A stretch of 64,000 nucleotides of DNA from Macrostomum lignano (lineage: Eukaryota). The notes under the pieces are model-generated. The model made no database searches. It worked only from the letters and a program-made list of their open reading frames with translations, and was not told the origin of the DNA. The stretch spans positions 1-64,000 of the forward strand of contig NIVC01000892.1 in NCBI GenBank assembly GCA_002269645.1. Reading direction: 5' to 3'. Positions 31,001-43,729 of the stretch are shown here, in pieces (the first letter of the stretch is position 1; the number at the start of each line of letters is the position of its first letter). The translations under genes were made by a program, and so were the position numbers.

Positions 31001-31560
31001 AGAAGCCCGTGTCCTTACTACGTGGCCAGGGCGCTAATGGATGAAGCTGACCTTATCTTCTGTCCCTACAATTACCTGATTGATCCTACTATTAGGAAGA
31101 ATGTGAGTTATCTTTACGTGTCTGATAATTGTCATGCATTGGGACTTAAAAATAAAAAAATGAATATATGAATTTCTCCGACCCTATCAGATGAGCATCA
31201 GCGTAAAAAATCACATTGTAATCTTGGACGAGGCGCACAATATCGAAGACGCCTGCAGGGACAGCGCTTCTATAACTATCACTGAGGAGCAGCTGGTGCA
31301 CGCCAAGAAGAACCTGGACGATATTTGTAAGATTTATCATCTGAAAACTTGCTTCCGGGAGAGGTTTTCAGATGTTAAGTTTATAGCTTATTTAGCTTGC
31401 TAGTTAGTTGGTTGGCTAGTTAGTTAGTTAGTCAGTTAGTTAGTTAGTTAGTTAGTTAGTTATTGATAGTTAGTTGGTTAGTTAGTTAGTTAGTTAGTTA
31501 ATTAGTTAGTTGGTTAGTTGATTAATTTGTTAGTCAGTTAGTTAGTCAGTTAGTTAGTTG

Positions 31561-31596
<36 letters not shown>

Positions 31597-34500
31597 ATTA
31601 GTTAGTTGGTTAGTTGATTAATTAGGTAGTTAGGTAGTTAGTTAATTAGCTAGTGAGTTAGGTACTCGTAGTTAGCTAGCTGGCATTCTCATCGCCCCAA
31701 GCAAGTCCTGAGCCGCATCAGCGAACTCAATCAGCCGCAATCCCGCAGGCAGAGACGCGGAGCTCTACTCGCACGCGGCTCCCCTATTAGACACGGTCGA
31801 GAAGCTGCTCAACGTGATGCAGACATCGGCCAGTAAGCTTCGGGCAATCGGTTTCAACCAGATGGAGCACGTCTGGGACGCCCAGGAGATGCTGGGACTG
31901 CTGCGCTACGCTGGAATCCAGCTGACCGAAGGCTCCCACGTTGCGCTGACGCAACACCTTGGCGCTGTTGTCCAGACTATCGAGGAGCGGACAGCTGCGC
32001 AGCGCGGAAATCCTGACGGCTCTGACGGTGACATCAACTGGACTGCAGTGCGCAGAAAAGGCGGCAACAAGTCCGGCTCTGCTAGAGGCAGCTCGGCCGC
32101 CCATGTCACCTTGGATCCGATCACTGTGCAAGCATTGGAAGCCTTTCTATTGGTTTGCCACTTTCTGACCAGGGACAACTGCAAGTTTGCCAACGATTAT
32201 CGCGTGGCTCTGCAGAAGGTGAGCGACCATTTTCTTTTGTTGTTCATCAGATACAAATTCAGTCTAAAGAGTGTCTCACACCTCAAGGGATTGTCACCTT
32301 TTTTTAGGGAGTATCACCCAAATCTAAGGAGATTCACACTTCTATGGAGTGTCTCACACACCTCTAGGGACTGCCTCACACCTCTAGGGAGTGCCTCACA
32401 CCTCTAGGGAGTGTCCCACACCTCTAGGGAGTGTCCCACACCTCTAAGGAGTGTCTCACATCTCTATGGAGTGTCTCACATCTCTATGGAGTGTCTTACG
32501 TCACACCTCTAGGGAGTGTCTCACATCTCTATGGAGTGTCTCACATCTCTATGGAGTGTCTTACGTCACACCTCTAGGGAGTGTCTCACATCTCTATGGA
32601 GTGTCTCACGTCACACCTCTAGGGAGTGTCTCACACCTCTAGGGAGTGTCTCACACCTCTAGGGAGTGTCTCACACCTCTAGGGAGTGTCTCACACCTCT
32701 AGGGAGTGTCTCACATCTCTATGGAGTGTCTCACATCTCTATGGAGTGTCTTACGTCACACCTCTAGGGAGTGTCTCACATCTCTATGGAGTGTTTCACG
32801 TCACACCTCTAGGGAGTGTCTCACATCTCTATGGAGTGTCTCACGTCACACCTCTAGGGAGTGTCTCACATCTCCATGGAGTGTCTCACGTCACACCTCT
32901 ATGGAGTGTCTCATACCTCCTAAATAGGCAGCGTCAGCCACATAGAAGCTATCGCCATACAATGTAAGGCTTTAAGATTCAGAGTAGCACTTTCTCACAC
33001 AATCTCTGGCAGGTGAAGGCGGTGCTTCACCCTCTCAACCAGACCGGCTGGCTCTCCAAGCGTCAGAACCAGCAGGACAACCCTGAGCAGACTCTGAGCA
33101 TGAGCTTCTGGTGCCTGAATCCCGCCGTTGCTTTTGCCGACCTCGGCTCTGCTGCTCGTTGCGTCATTCTCACTAGCGGCACTCTGAGTCCAATGGCCAG
33201 CTTCCAAAGCGAATTAGGCCAAGCGTTCCCCCTGCAATTGGAAGCTAATCACGTGATCAAGCCGGACCAGCTACTAGTCTGTTCCGTTGCTAACGGGCCA
33301 ACAGGTAGATCTTTGTGCGCTAATTATCAAAATTCGGAACGATTCGAATTTCAAGACGAACTCGGCCTGCTGTTGGCCAGCGTGTGCGAGACTGTGCCCC
33401 ATGGCGTGCTCTGTTTTATGCCGTCCTACACGTTCTTGGAGAAGATGCGAACTCGCTGGGCCAACACTGGACTGTTGGAGCGGCTGGAGCGTCGGAAAGA
33501 GCTAGTAGTTGAGCCGCGCGGATCCAATGCCGAATTTGAAGAAGCTATGCGAACTTTTATAGCCAGAATTGAGGCATCCAAGGCGCAAGGTTTGTTTGGT
33601 TTGGTTTCTTGTTTTGCAGTGGTTCTTAGGCTTGAAACTTCATATTCAAGTCCCACTCCGTCTCAGCATCCAATCAGACTCAGTCAAGCCCCACCCCGTC
33701 CCAGCAGCCGATCAGATTCAGCCAAACTCCACCCCGTTTCAGCAGCCAATCAAATTCAGTCATGCCCCGCCCCTACCTTAGCAGCAAATCTGATTCACGC
33801 AAGTCTCACCTCTACCTCAGCAGCCAAGCCCACCCCACCTCCGCAGCCAATAAGATTCACCCAAGCCCCACCCCATCTCAGCAGCCAATAAGATTCAGGC
33901 AAGTCCCACCTCTACCTCAGCAGCCAAGCCCACCCCACCTCCGCAGTCAATAAGATTCAGCCAAGCCCCACCCCCACCTCAGCAGCCAAGCCCACCCCAC
34001 CTCCGCAGCCAATAAGATTCACCCAAGCCCCACCCCATCTCAGCAGCCAAGCCCACCCCACCTCCGCAGCCAATAAAATTCACCCAAGCCCCGCCCCATC
34101 TCAGCAGCCAATAAGATTCAGGCAAGTTCCACCTCTACCTCAGCTGCCAAGCCCACCCCACCTCTGCAGCCAATCAGATTCAGTCACGCTTCACCCCACC
34201 TCAGAAGCCAATAAGATTCAGCCAACAGTCGCCCCTAGAAGCATATGAAAGTAAAACCCAACAGCCAGTCAGAAAGAATCAAATCTACCCTATTTCAGCC
34301 GCAGCCAATCAGCAACAAGGGGACGGCTGTACCGGGGCTCTATTATTAGCCGTCTGCCGCGGCAAGATGAGCGAAGGCATCGACTTCTCTGACGAACAGT
34401 GCCGCGCCTGCGTCACCGTTGGCATCCCGTTTCCCAACGTTCGCGACACGCTGGTCTCTCTGAAGCGCCGCTACAATGATCAGCATGCGAAAGAGCGAAC

Positions 34501-37404
34501 ACTGCTAGACGGTGGGCAGTGGTACGAGACTCAGGCGTTTCGCGCATTGAACCAAGCCCTGGGCAGGTGTATACGGCACAGGCACGACTGGGGCGCCCTG
34601 CTGCTTGTTGATGAACGATTCGCCCAGCGTTCTGGCCGGTATTTGGCCGGCCTGTCCCGGTGGGTTCGCAACAGGGCTACTGCTTGCGATAGTTTTCAGG
34701 TGATTGAGTTACTTTCAATTTGCTATTTAAATAGCCACACTTCCTTAAAATCTGGAAACCGGAAGTCGTTCAACCTCCTTTTAATCCGTGAACCGGAATT
34801 AGCTCAACTTGTTGTAAATCCGTGAACCGGAAGTAGCTCAACTTCTTGTAAATCCGTAGACCGGAAGTAGCTCAACTTGTTGTAAATCCGTGAACCGGAA
34901 GTAGCTCAACTTCTTGTAAATCCGTAGACCGGAAGTAGCTCAACTTCTTGTAAATCCGTAGACCGGAAGTAGCTCAACTTCTTGTAAATCCGTAGACCGG
35001 AAGTAGCTCGACTTCTTGTAAATCCGTAGACCGGAAGTAGCTCGACTTCTTGTAAATCCGTACACCGGAAGTAGCTCGACTTCTTGTAAATCCGTAGACC
35101 GGAAGTAGCTCAACTTCTTGTAAATCCGTAGACCGGAAGTAGCTCGACTTCTTGTAAATCCGTAGACCGGAAGTAGCTCGACTTCTTGTAAATCCGTACA
35201 CCGGAAGTAGCTCGACTTCTTGTAAATCCGTAGACCGGAAGTAGCTCGACTTCTTGTAAATCCGTACACCGGAAGTAGCTCGACTTCTTGTAAATCCGTA
35301 CACCGGAAGTAGCTCGACTTCTTGTAAATCCGTACACCGGAAGTAGCTCGACTTCCTGTAAACCCGTAGACCGGAAGTAGCTGAACTTCCTTTTAATTCG
35401 TAGACCGGAAGTAACTAAACTTCTTGTGATTTTTTAGACCGAAAGTAGCTAATCTTCCTGTAATGTCGAAGACCAAAAGTAAATTTCTAAGCTACTAGTG
35501 TAACACAAAGAAACCGGAAGTTGAAAAACATGTTACAGTACGTACATGTACTAGCAGAATACATACTTTATATTCTAAACCTAACGCCAACGCAAACGCT
35601 CTCCATTCGCCAGGACGTCAAGTCCCGACTCGCTCAGTTTGTAACAGCCAGAACAGCCGCCGCGGCCGCTGCTTCTATCGAAGCGCCAGCAGTAGGGGCA
35701 GCTGCAGCAGCAACAGCTTCTAGTTCCGGTTTAGACTCGCCAAGGTCTGCCCCAGCAACTCCGCTGCCATCGTCTCCAGCTCCACTGGACTCAGCCGGCA
35801 CGCCTAGCGGCAAGCGTCGCTTGTTCGGGCTAAAATCGTCCGTGTCGGCCAGTCCGCTGGTTATTGAGCAAATTAATCTTATCAGCGATGATGATGCTGT
35901 AACAGACGATGATGATGCTGGCTCTGATAATCAGACTGACGATTGTCATCCACTTGAGGGCGATTCTAAACGTCCGAAGCTCGAATCGGCAGATGACAAT
36001 ATTGGTAGTAGCAACAACAGCAGTGGCGCTTGTCTAAGACACTGCTTCGCCTGCGGCAAACAAGGAGTGTACATTGGCAACGGGCAGCTGATCGCGGATG
36101 AGGATAACAATGATCCTCGTTTGGAAAATTCGAAGATGCCTGCTTACTGTGCTCGACTCCTGTCGGCGGCTGTTATTGAGGGTGAGCTGCTTTTTAGCAA
36201 TATGATGTAGGAACCAAAATACTGCATAGCAACATCCTAGTATCTAGTAGCCTAGCAACCGCGTAGCAACGGTCTAAAAACTGCATAGCAACCACGTAGC
36301 AACAGCCTAGAAACCACGTGCAACAGCCTAGAAACCACATAGCAACAGTCTAAAAACCACATAGCAACAGCCTAGAAACTTATAGCAAGCACATAGCACT
36401 GTTTAGAAACAACAGCAACACAGAAACAGTCTAAAAAGCACATAGCAACAACCTAGAAACCACGTAGCAACAGTCTAGAAACCACACAGCAACCACATAG
36501 CGACTGTCTAGAAACCAAATAGCAACCACATAGCAACAGCCTAGAAACCACATAGCAACAGCCTAGAAACCACGTAGCAACAGTCTAGAAACCACACAGC
36601 AACCACATAGCGACTGTCAAGGAACCGAATAACAACCACATAGCAACAGTCTAAAAACCACATAGCAAAGCCTAGAAACAACGTAGCAACAGTCTCGAAA
36701 CCAAATAGCAACCACGTAGCAACAGCCTTAGAAACCACGTTGCAAGGAAGTTTCTCCTCTGATTCCCATTCCCTAGACAGTCGCCAGTCCGAGGCCGGCA
36801 CGCGGCTCCGCAGCTATCACTGTCGTTACTCGCCCGACCAGTTGGAGCCGTTGCTGTCTATGGCCGAGACCGCTGCCTCCGCCCCGCCATTGAATTGTTT
36901 CCTATCCGAGGCCGACGGTCCCGGAGTTTTTGTTGCCTGGCTGCGCTGCAAGCTTTGCGGCGTAGCCGCCGGCTCAGTGCAGTTGGCGCCAAAATTAGAC
37001 AGCGATAGCGCCTGCTTAGTGTACCTGCTGGAGCGCAGGTGATTCGGCTGTATGATTAATTAATAAACAGTAGTAGTTTCTATATATAGAAATTATCAAA
37101 TGTTTTATTCATTTTTACTATCCTACTACGAGAAGTAGTATGCTAAGGGTTTTTCGTGTTTTTACTCATTTGCTTTTCTAAATTTTAAATTCGACTGCCG
37201 ATACGTAGCGTAGTTCATTTTTTCTATATAAATTTGATTTCAATGTTTTAATATCCATTAAAAATTTACTACCTACTAGTCAGTAGTGTCGACAGTTTTA
37301 AACGTGAAAAAGCTTTCAAAGGGATTTAAACGACTATTAAATCATTTATATTGCTCTTAATTACCCCCTGTGCATTTTGCAGCAAGGTGTCATACGTTTC
37401 TTAA
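28055..37404 (+). CDS. BRIP1: FANCJ/BRIP1 Fe-S DEAH helicase; about 12 exons: 28055-28333, 29618-29895, 30185-30274, 30550-30757, 30980-31102, 31191-31326, ~31749-32218, 33013-33589, 34299-34699, 35614-36181, 36777-37038, 37383-37404; start exon not located
   Basis: [14 protein letters not shown], Walker [16 protein letters not shown], four Fe-S Cys (HSCIH, EHCKE, CAYY, CPYY), [43 protein letters not shown]; GT-AG phases consistent. Confidence 0.92.
31400..31680. repeat. (TTAG)n microsatellite in a BRIP1 intron
   Basis: Direct reading. Confidence 0.9.
32340..32915. repeat. 19-bp-based minisatellite (CACCTCTAGGGAGTGTCTCA and variants) in a BRIP1 intron
   Basis: Direct reading. Confidence 0.9.
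33665..34225. repeat. Degenerate C-rich minisatellite containing AGCCAATMAG in a BRIP1 intron
   Basis: Repeated CAGCAGCCAATAAGATTCA and CCCCACCCC blocks. Confidence 0.85.
34757..35520. repeat. 34-bp minisatellite, about 22 units, in a BRIP1 intron
   Basis: Unit ACCGGAAGTAGCTCRACTTCTTGTAAATCCGTAG. Confidence 0.95.
36225..36740. repeat. ~22-bp degenerate minisatellite (ATAGCAACAGCCTAGAAACCAC) in a BRIP1 intron
   Basis: Direct reading. Confidence 0.85.
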
Positions 37405-37639
37405 GCTATTCTCAATGTATTTTAGCACTTTTCTACTAATATCATATTGCTAATTAAAATAAATTATTGCACATTAATGCTTATATCCTATATTTTGGCA
37501 TTTGCAAATGTATTTTTTTCTACTAAAATTATAAAATCACTGTCTTTTGTGGTTTTAATTGCATACTTTTATGGTAAAGTTTTGGAAAGACAATCAGGTG
37601 AAGCGTTTACAGTTTTAATTAGAGATAAAACCTCGCGTA

Positions 37640-38450
37640 AAATTTCGGGATCAAATCTCAGGGGTGAGATTTCGGGATCGAATCTCAGGCGTGAGATTTC
37701 GAGATCAATCTCAGGGGTGAGAGATTTCGGGATCGAATCTCAGGGGTGAGAGATTTCGGAATCGAATCTCAGGGGTGAGATTTTGGGATCGAATCTCAGG
37801 GGTGAGAGATTTCGGGATTAAATCTCAGTGGTGAGATTTCGGGATCGAATCTCAGGGGTGAGAGATTTCGGGATTAAATCTCAGTGGTGAGATTTCGGGA
37901 TCGAATCTCAGGGGTGAGAGAGTTCGGAATCGAATCTCAGTGATGGTATTTCGGAATCAAGTCTCAGTGATGAGTTTTCTGGATTGAATCTCAGTGGTGA
38001 GATTTTGGGATCAAATCTCAGGGGTGAGATTTCGGGATTAAATCTCAGTGGTGAGATTTCGGGATCGAATCTCAGGGGTGAGAGATTTCGGGATTAAATC
38101 TCAGTGGTGAGATTTCGGGATCGAATCTCAGGGGTGAGAGAGTTCGGAATCGAATCTCAGTGATGGTATTTCGGAATCAAGTCTCAGTGATGAGTTTTCT
38201 GGATTGAATCTCAGTGGTGAGATTTTGGGATCAAATCTCAGGGGTGAGATTTCGGGATTAAATCTCAGTGGTGAGATTTCGGGATCGAATCTCAGTGGTG
38301 AAATCTTTCGGGACTGAATCTCGGGGGTGAGATTTCGGGATCGAATCTCAGTGGTGAAATCTTTCGGGACTGAATCTCGGGGGTGAGATTTCGGGATCGA
38401 ATCTCTGTGGTGAAATTTTTCTGGATCAAATCTCGGGGATGAGTTTTCTA
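37640..38450. repeat. 25-27-bp palindromic minisatellite between BRIP1 and FAM78
   Basis: Unit GAGATTTCGGGATCGAATCTCAGGGGT. Confidence 0.9.
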
Positions 38451-38902
38451 GATCATTTTTAAGGATGAGAATCTGAAAAAAGTCTCAAGGTGCGATTTTG
38501 GGACATATATTTTATGTGTGAGATTCCTTCCTTCGGTACCTTGGATTGGACAAAAAACAATCCATGTCCGTGAATTCCCAGCTCAAGTTTTTTCGCCGTT
38601 AGATCCTCTATTCCGTCCTTGGTCGCAGGTGCTTAAAAAATCAAACAAAAAAGATTACGGCTGTTCAGAAAATTGAAAGATAAAAAGGCCCAAAGGGCTC
38701 TTTGGTCGCTCGTTGCTCTTTTCAACTTGAAGCTGAATTGACTTTTCGGGATAAAACAAATTGTCATTTGCGCCAATAAACACGTCTTGTACGGCATCAT
38801 TCATCATCTCAAATAAACAAATGAATATAAAAAGTGAAACTTCCATGAGGCGGCTTAGGACAGCAAGCGGAGTGCAACGGAGGTTGGGGGCGAGGAAAAA
38901 TC

Positions 38903-40654
38903 TCAGTGCTGCCTATCCACTTCGGAGTATCGTCGCTTCAGTTCGACATCGGCTACCCCGTTGCTGTCCTGCCTCCAGGCCAGCCGCCTGCCATGCCGAT
39001 GATGCTCCCGGTGGCCCAGCAGACTAGTGGTCTTGTTGCTTGACGCTATTGGCGCCTGCTGCTGCTGCTGCACACCCTGGCTGGATTGGTAGCGCCGCAG
39101 TCTGGCGCCGCCGTCCCACGAACAGTAGCGCCCAATATCGCGATCGTTTCGCCAACTGGGGCACAGGTGTAAATCCTTGGGCCGGTGCACCCGGTTCGGC
39201 GCCACGCCCGGCATCATGTCGCGGAGCCATCGCTCCCAGGGTACAATAGTCTGTTTTGGCGGCACCAGGATGTCCGGCTGTTGTCCGGGCTGTTTCGGAT
39301 ACCAGATTAGCGACTGGGCGGCGTTGCAGTGCGGCGGATGCACAGCCGACAGAGGCATCGGTTTGACCTCCTCTTCTGGCAGGATTCTCGGCGCTTCCAT
39401 TTGAGTATCTGTTAGAGTTCGCAATCGTCTGCCAATGCGCTCGTGCGGGTCGAATTCCATGTGCAACGAGTAGCGCCAGTGCATGCTGCTCAGTATGTGA
39501 ATCTGATCATCGCCCAGGTGAAACACGTCGGTATCGGCGTGCAGCGCCGCTCTCTTGATGGCCACCAGCCAGATCCAGAAGCTTTGCCGGCGAATAACGT
39601 CGGTTAGTTTTACGCCGTTGCAGTAGGGCAGGTCCCAGGCCACGGTTGGATAGAAATGGTCGGCGTACTGCAGCTTGATGACGCTGTCCCGGACGACACC
39701 TTTAAATTCCATTTCGAGTGGTAGTTTTGTAGCAATTTTTGTTAGTCTACGTTATGGGCTGATAAACTGGTATTGTAAATTGACAAGTCACGTGACTCCG
39801 AAAGTTATTTAAAGCACTAGATGGTAGCCAATGCAATCTTCAACCACATGACCTGAACCGTCGCAAGGCATTGGATCGTAGCTGATTTAGCTGGTCACAT
39901 GACCTGACCCGTTGCAAGGCATAGGATCGTAGCTAATTTAACCAGTCGTCACGTGACCTGACCCGTTGCAAGGCATAGGATCGTAGCTAATTTAACCAGT
40001 CGTCACGTGACCTGACCCGTTGCAAGGCATAGGATCGTAGCTAATTTAACCAGTCGTCACGTGACCTGACCCGTTGCAAGGCATAGGATCGTAGCTAATT
40101 TAACCAGTCGTCACGTGACCTGACCCGTTGCAAGGCATAGGATCGTAGCTAATTTAACCAGTCGTCACGTGACCTGCCCCGTCGCAAGGCATTGGGATCG
40201 TAGCCGAATTAACTGGTCACGTGACCCTGAGAATATTTTGTAATTGTATCGAACCGACCGATAAGCAAGTAAAAGTCAATTTATTAAGCGTAAATTTACC
40301 TTTAGTAACTTCGCACTTGCTCGAGGTCAGACTGTAGAACGGATACTGTCTACCATCGCTGTCATTGACCATTCGATGTTGTCTCGTTTTCAATGGGTGG
40401 AACTCCCAGAACGAGCTGCCGTATTGCCCGTACCGGTTCTCCAAATACATCCGGTCGCAGGCTTGAATCAGCCCTATAGTCCAATGACTGTCCGCAATTG
40501 ACTCTTCAAGTTCAACGAGCGCTTTGCACTTGAAATGCTGGCTCTCGTACTGAACCAAATATGGCTTCTCAGTCACTTTAGTGCTGGTCTTCGGGTCGTA
40601 GTAGCATTTGATCTGGTCAACCCGGATGTTGTCCGTATTGAATTTGGGCGACAT
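38903..40654 (-). CDS. FAM78: FAM78 family protein, 2 exons (40654-40300, 39699-38903)
   Basis: WTIGLIQAC, VNDSDGRQYPFY, DHFYPTVAW, QSFWIWLVA, MHWR and LIWYPK match FAM78A/B; phase-1 GT-AG junction. Confidence 0.88.
39845..40225. repeat. 54-bp minisatellite in the FAM78 intron
   Basis: Unit GTCACGTGACCTGACCCGTTGCAAGGCATAGGATCGTAGCTAATTTAACCAGTC. Confidence 0.95.
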
Positions 40655-40974
40655 TGTGTGCTTAATTGATTTTTATTAATTGATGTTCAACTGTATAGAA
40701 GACTAATAATAATGCTTGGTTGGTCTCACAGCGGCGCTGATCTGCTATCCCGCCATTGTCTTCCGTCGGGGAGGGAACGGGGATGAACGGGGCAAATTGA
40801 CTGCTAACCGACAGCGATAGCTTAAGCGCGTATGTCTGTCATACGGCAGCGGTTTTTTTACATAAACTATTTGGCAATTAGTTGACTTCTAATCTAGCAG
40901 ATGCAACTTCCTCGATCTTCGTGTGTCAAAGCCACAGAGCTCGGAATATGCATACCGGATGCTATTTTTAGTAG

Positions 40975-41559
40975 TATTGGTTTTTGCGAGCTATCTCAGC
41001 CAAGGAGCAAGCAAACTCATCCATCCCATAGATTTCAATACGACGAAGGAGGTGGTTTGAACCATAGACTATCACGTTTTTTCAACCAAACTTATCCAAC
41101 GGGCGAGCAATCTCAGCCATAGCTTGTTTATTAAGCGAAAAATTTAATTGGTTCGTATATAAGAGACTTTATGATAGAGCAGCACATCAGAACACAGGAA
41201 ATTGACTAACGGAACAAACAAATGACTCACTAAATAAGCACTGGTTGCATCTTTTCTGCTGACAAATTGACACCGTGCATCAGATGCAACCAGTGCTTAT
41301 TTAGTGAGTCATTTGTTTGTTCCGTTAGTCAATTTCCTGTGTTCTGATGTGCTGCTCTATCATAAAGTCTCTTATATACGAACCAATTAAATTTTTCGCT
41401 TAATAAACAAGCTATGGCTGAGATTGCTCGCCCGTTGGATGAGTTTGGTTGAAAAAACGTGATAGTCTATGGTTCAAACCACCTCCTTCGTCGTATTGAA
41501 ATCTATGGGATGGATGAGTTTGCTTGCTCCTTGGCTGAGATAGCTCGCAAAAACAAATA
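40975..41559. mobile_element. Near-perfect long inverted repeat (foldback/MITE-like): 278-bp arms, 29-bp spacer
   Basis: 40975-41252 is the reverse complement of 41282-41559 with about 2 mismatches seen; TA at both ends. Confidence 0.85.
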
Positions 41560-41699
41560 TATTGGATTGGCAAAACGTAGTCAATGGTATATAAGAATAC
41601 CAGAAATAATGCAGGAAGACTGTGCGCAGTTGGCGGCAACGTCTCTCACAGCCAGAGCTGAGGCAGTTCTGCCCATTCTACCAACTCCTGAGCACGTGC

Positions 41700-42160
41700 A
41701 AGCCCGCCAATACTGTACAATACTGTACGCAGGCACGCACTCATACACAGGGTGTACAGCAGCTCTTGACTTTCTAATCTTTCGGCATGTACACTCTATT
41801 TTTTTTATTTGAGGCAGGGGGGTTGTGTGCACCCTGGCGCACTTTAAGCGACATAGGCACACAACCGGCGAGAGGCATTGCTGCCCATTCCGCCGACTCC
41901 CCTAAACAGGCACACAAGCGCGCGGATACGTACGCAGGCACACACTCACACAGGAGTGTACAGCGGCCCTAACTTTATATTATCGTTAGGCATGTACACT
42001 TCACTGCGCCTTGGGGGGTTGGCTCTCAAGGCCGCTAATTGCACGAGCAGAGCCAAGCCGAGATTCCAATTCAGCCCCAAATTAATGTGACTGCACTTGG
42101 AATCGAGCCTGGGTCGCTGGCACACCAGAGCCTGCGCTAGACCGCTGGCCTACGGCTCCC
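41700..42160 (-). mobile_element. Second tRNA-derived SINE family (head 42160-42089, tandemly repeated body modules)
   Basis: Minus-strand head GGGAGCCGTAGGCCAGCGG...GGCTCGATTCC; body ...GTGTACA...GCCTGCGTACAGTATTG recurs at 41700-41790, 41925-42030, 48630-48735 and 50475-50590. Confidence 0.6.
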
Positions 42161-42844
42161 CTTGGCATGTGCACTCTCTGTGTGCCCTGTTAGGTTGGCC
42201 CTCATGGCTTTAATTCGCACGTCATCCGGCAAAGCCGATTTTTCAAAGCCGATGTTTAAGAACGCTTATAGACAGAATAGGAGGTCGATTATCTATGGAT
42301 TAAAGAGCCTTTAAACCTAGTAAAACCACAGTAGTACAAATTGTTTATACCAATTGTCAAGCAAAAAAGAAGGCAGAAAAAGCTATGCCTCTAGACGTTA
42401 GGTCGGGAAATGCTTGACCTACCTAAATGGAATTGAAGTCCGCATTTGCAACGGCGCTTCAGTATATTCGTATTAGAGCTAAGGCCTGTTCCGCTCTATG
42501 GCATGAGAGAAGGAAGGCGATTTTAGCTGATTGCGGTCGGCCTGGCAAACAAATTGAATTTCGGACTCTACCGCCGAGTTGGCGATAGGGGAATATCGAT
42601 CTTTTATAGAAACTGGGGGTCAGTTTGTGCCACGACTTCTCGGCGTCCGGCTGAATGTGGAGATTCGCAGCAGTTTCAGGCTCTGATGCTGGCGACCACA
42701 GTCCCGACCGTTTCGGCGTATAGAATTTTCAAATGTTAGCTATTTACATACTTAAAGATTTGTTCCTGGTGAGCTTCTGCGCGTATAACTGAGCTTGTGG
42801 GGGAGGTGTGCTGGTGACACTGCGAGCGTAAGACTGCTAGAGTA

Positions 42845-43290
42845 AGACTGAAAGAGTGAAACTAGGAGAGTGAGACTGAGAGAGTGAGATTGGGAGAGGG
42901 AGATTTAGAGTGAGACTGGGAAAATGAAACTGAGACTGACAGAGTGAAACTGAGAGAGTGAGACTGAGATAGTGAGACTGGGAGAGTGAGACTAGGAGAG
43001 TGAGACTGGGAGAATGAGACTGAGAGAGTGAGACTGGGAGAGTGAGACTAGGAGAGTGAGACTGGGAGAATGAGACTGAGATAGTGAGACTGGGAGAGTG
43101 AGACTAGGAGAGTGAGACTGGGAGAATGAGACTGAGAGAGTGAGACTGGGAGAGTGAGACTAGGAGAGTGAGACTGGGAGAATGAGACTGAGAGAGTGAG
43201 ACTAGGAGAGTGAGACCGGAAGAGTGAGACTAGGAGAATGAGACTGAGAGAGTGAGACTGGGAGAGTGAGATTGAGTCAGAGTGAGACCC
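42845..43290. repeat. 14-bp purine-rich minisatellite (GAGAGTGAGACTGG)
   Basis: Direct reading. Confidence 0.9.
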
Positions 43291-43729
43291 ATTGCTATTC
43301 ATATAATCATTTTTATTATTCCGTGATTATTAAACATTCAAAGGCGAAAAATTTCCAGGCGAGATTGAAAGCATTATAGCTTGTACTAAACGAACGATAA
43401 ACGCGCTTATTAAAAAGTCGTGAATGCTTTTGTACAATACAAATTTGGTGAATTTGCAGAAGAACAACAAAGCCGATATTTCTATGCGCAATTGTTTTAG
43501 AAAAATATTTCGACGCAAACAGTGCTACAATATGGCGCTTTTCCAGGTGAAAAAACTATTAGAAGTGTTAAAATACAGTTTTTAATAGTTAGTTATAGTT
43601 AGCGCCGCTAATCAAAGCGATAATCGAGAGCACCTCCCACTCTTCACTGAGCACTCCCACTCTCTGCGCCTTTGTGCTTGAACTCGAACCCACAGTTAAA
43701 AATGCTCGAGAGACGTCAGACATGTTGCC

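Noticed and set aside
31400-31680. Interstitial telomere
   Set aside because: Repeat is TTAG, not TTAGGG or TTAGG, and it is intronic; the G-rich repeats at 10696-10862 are inside a MITE.
34757-35520. CRISPR-like array (34-bp palindromic repeats); same impression at 37640-38450, 39845-40225 and 55515-56010
   Set aside because: Units are head-to-tail with no unique spacers, there are no cas genes, and the context is eukaryotic (introns or intergenic DNA between spliced genes).
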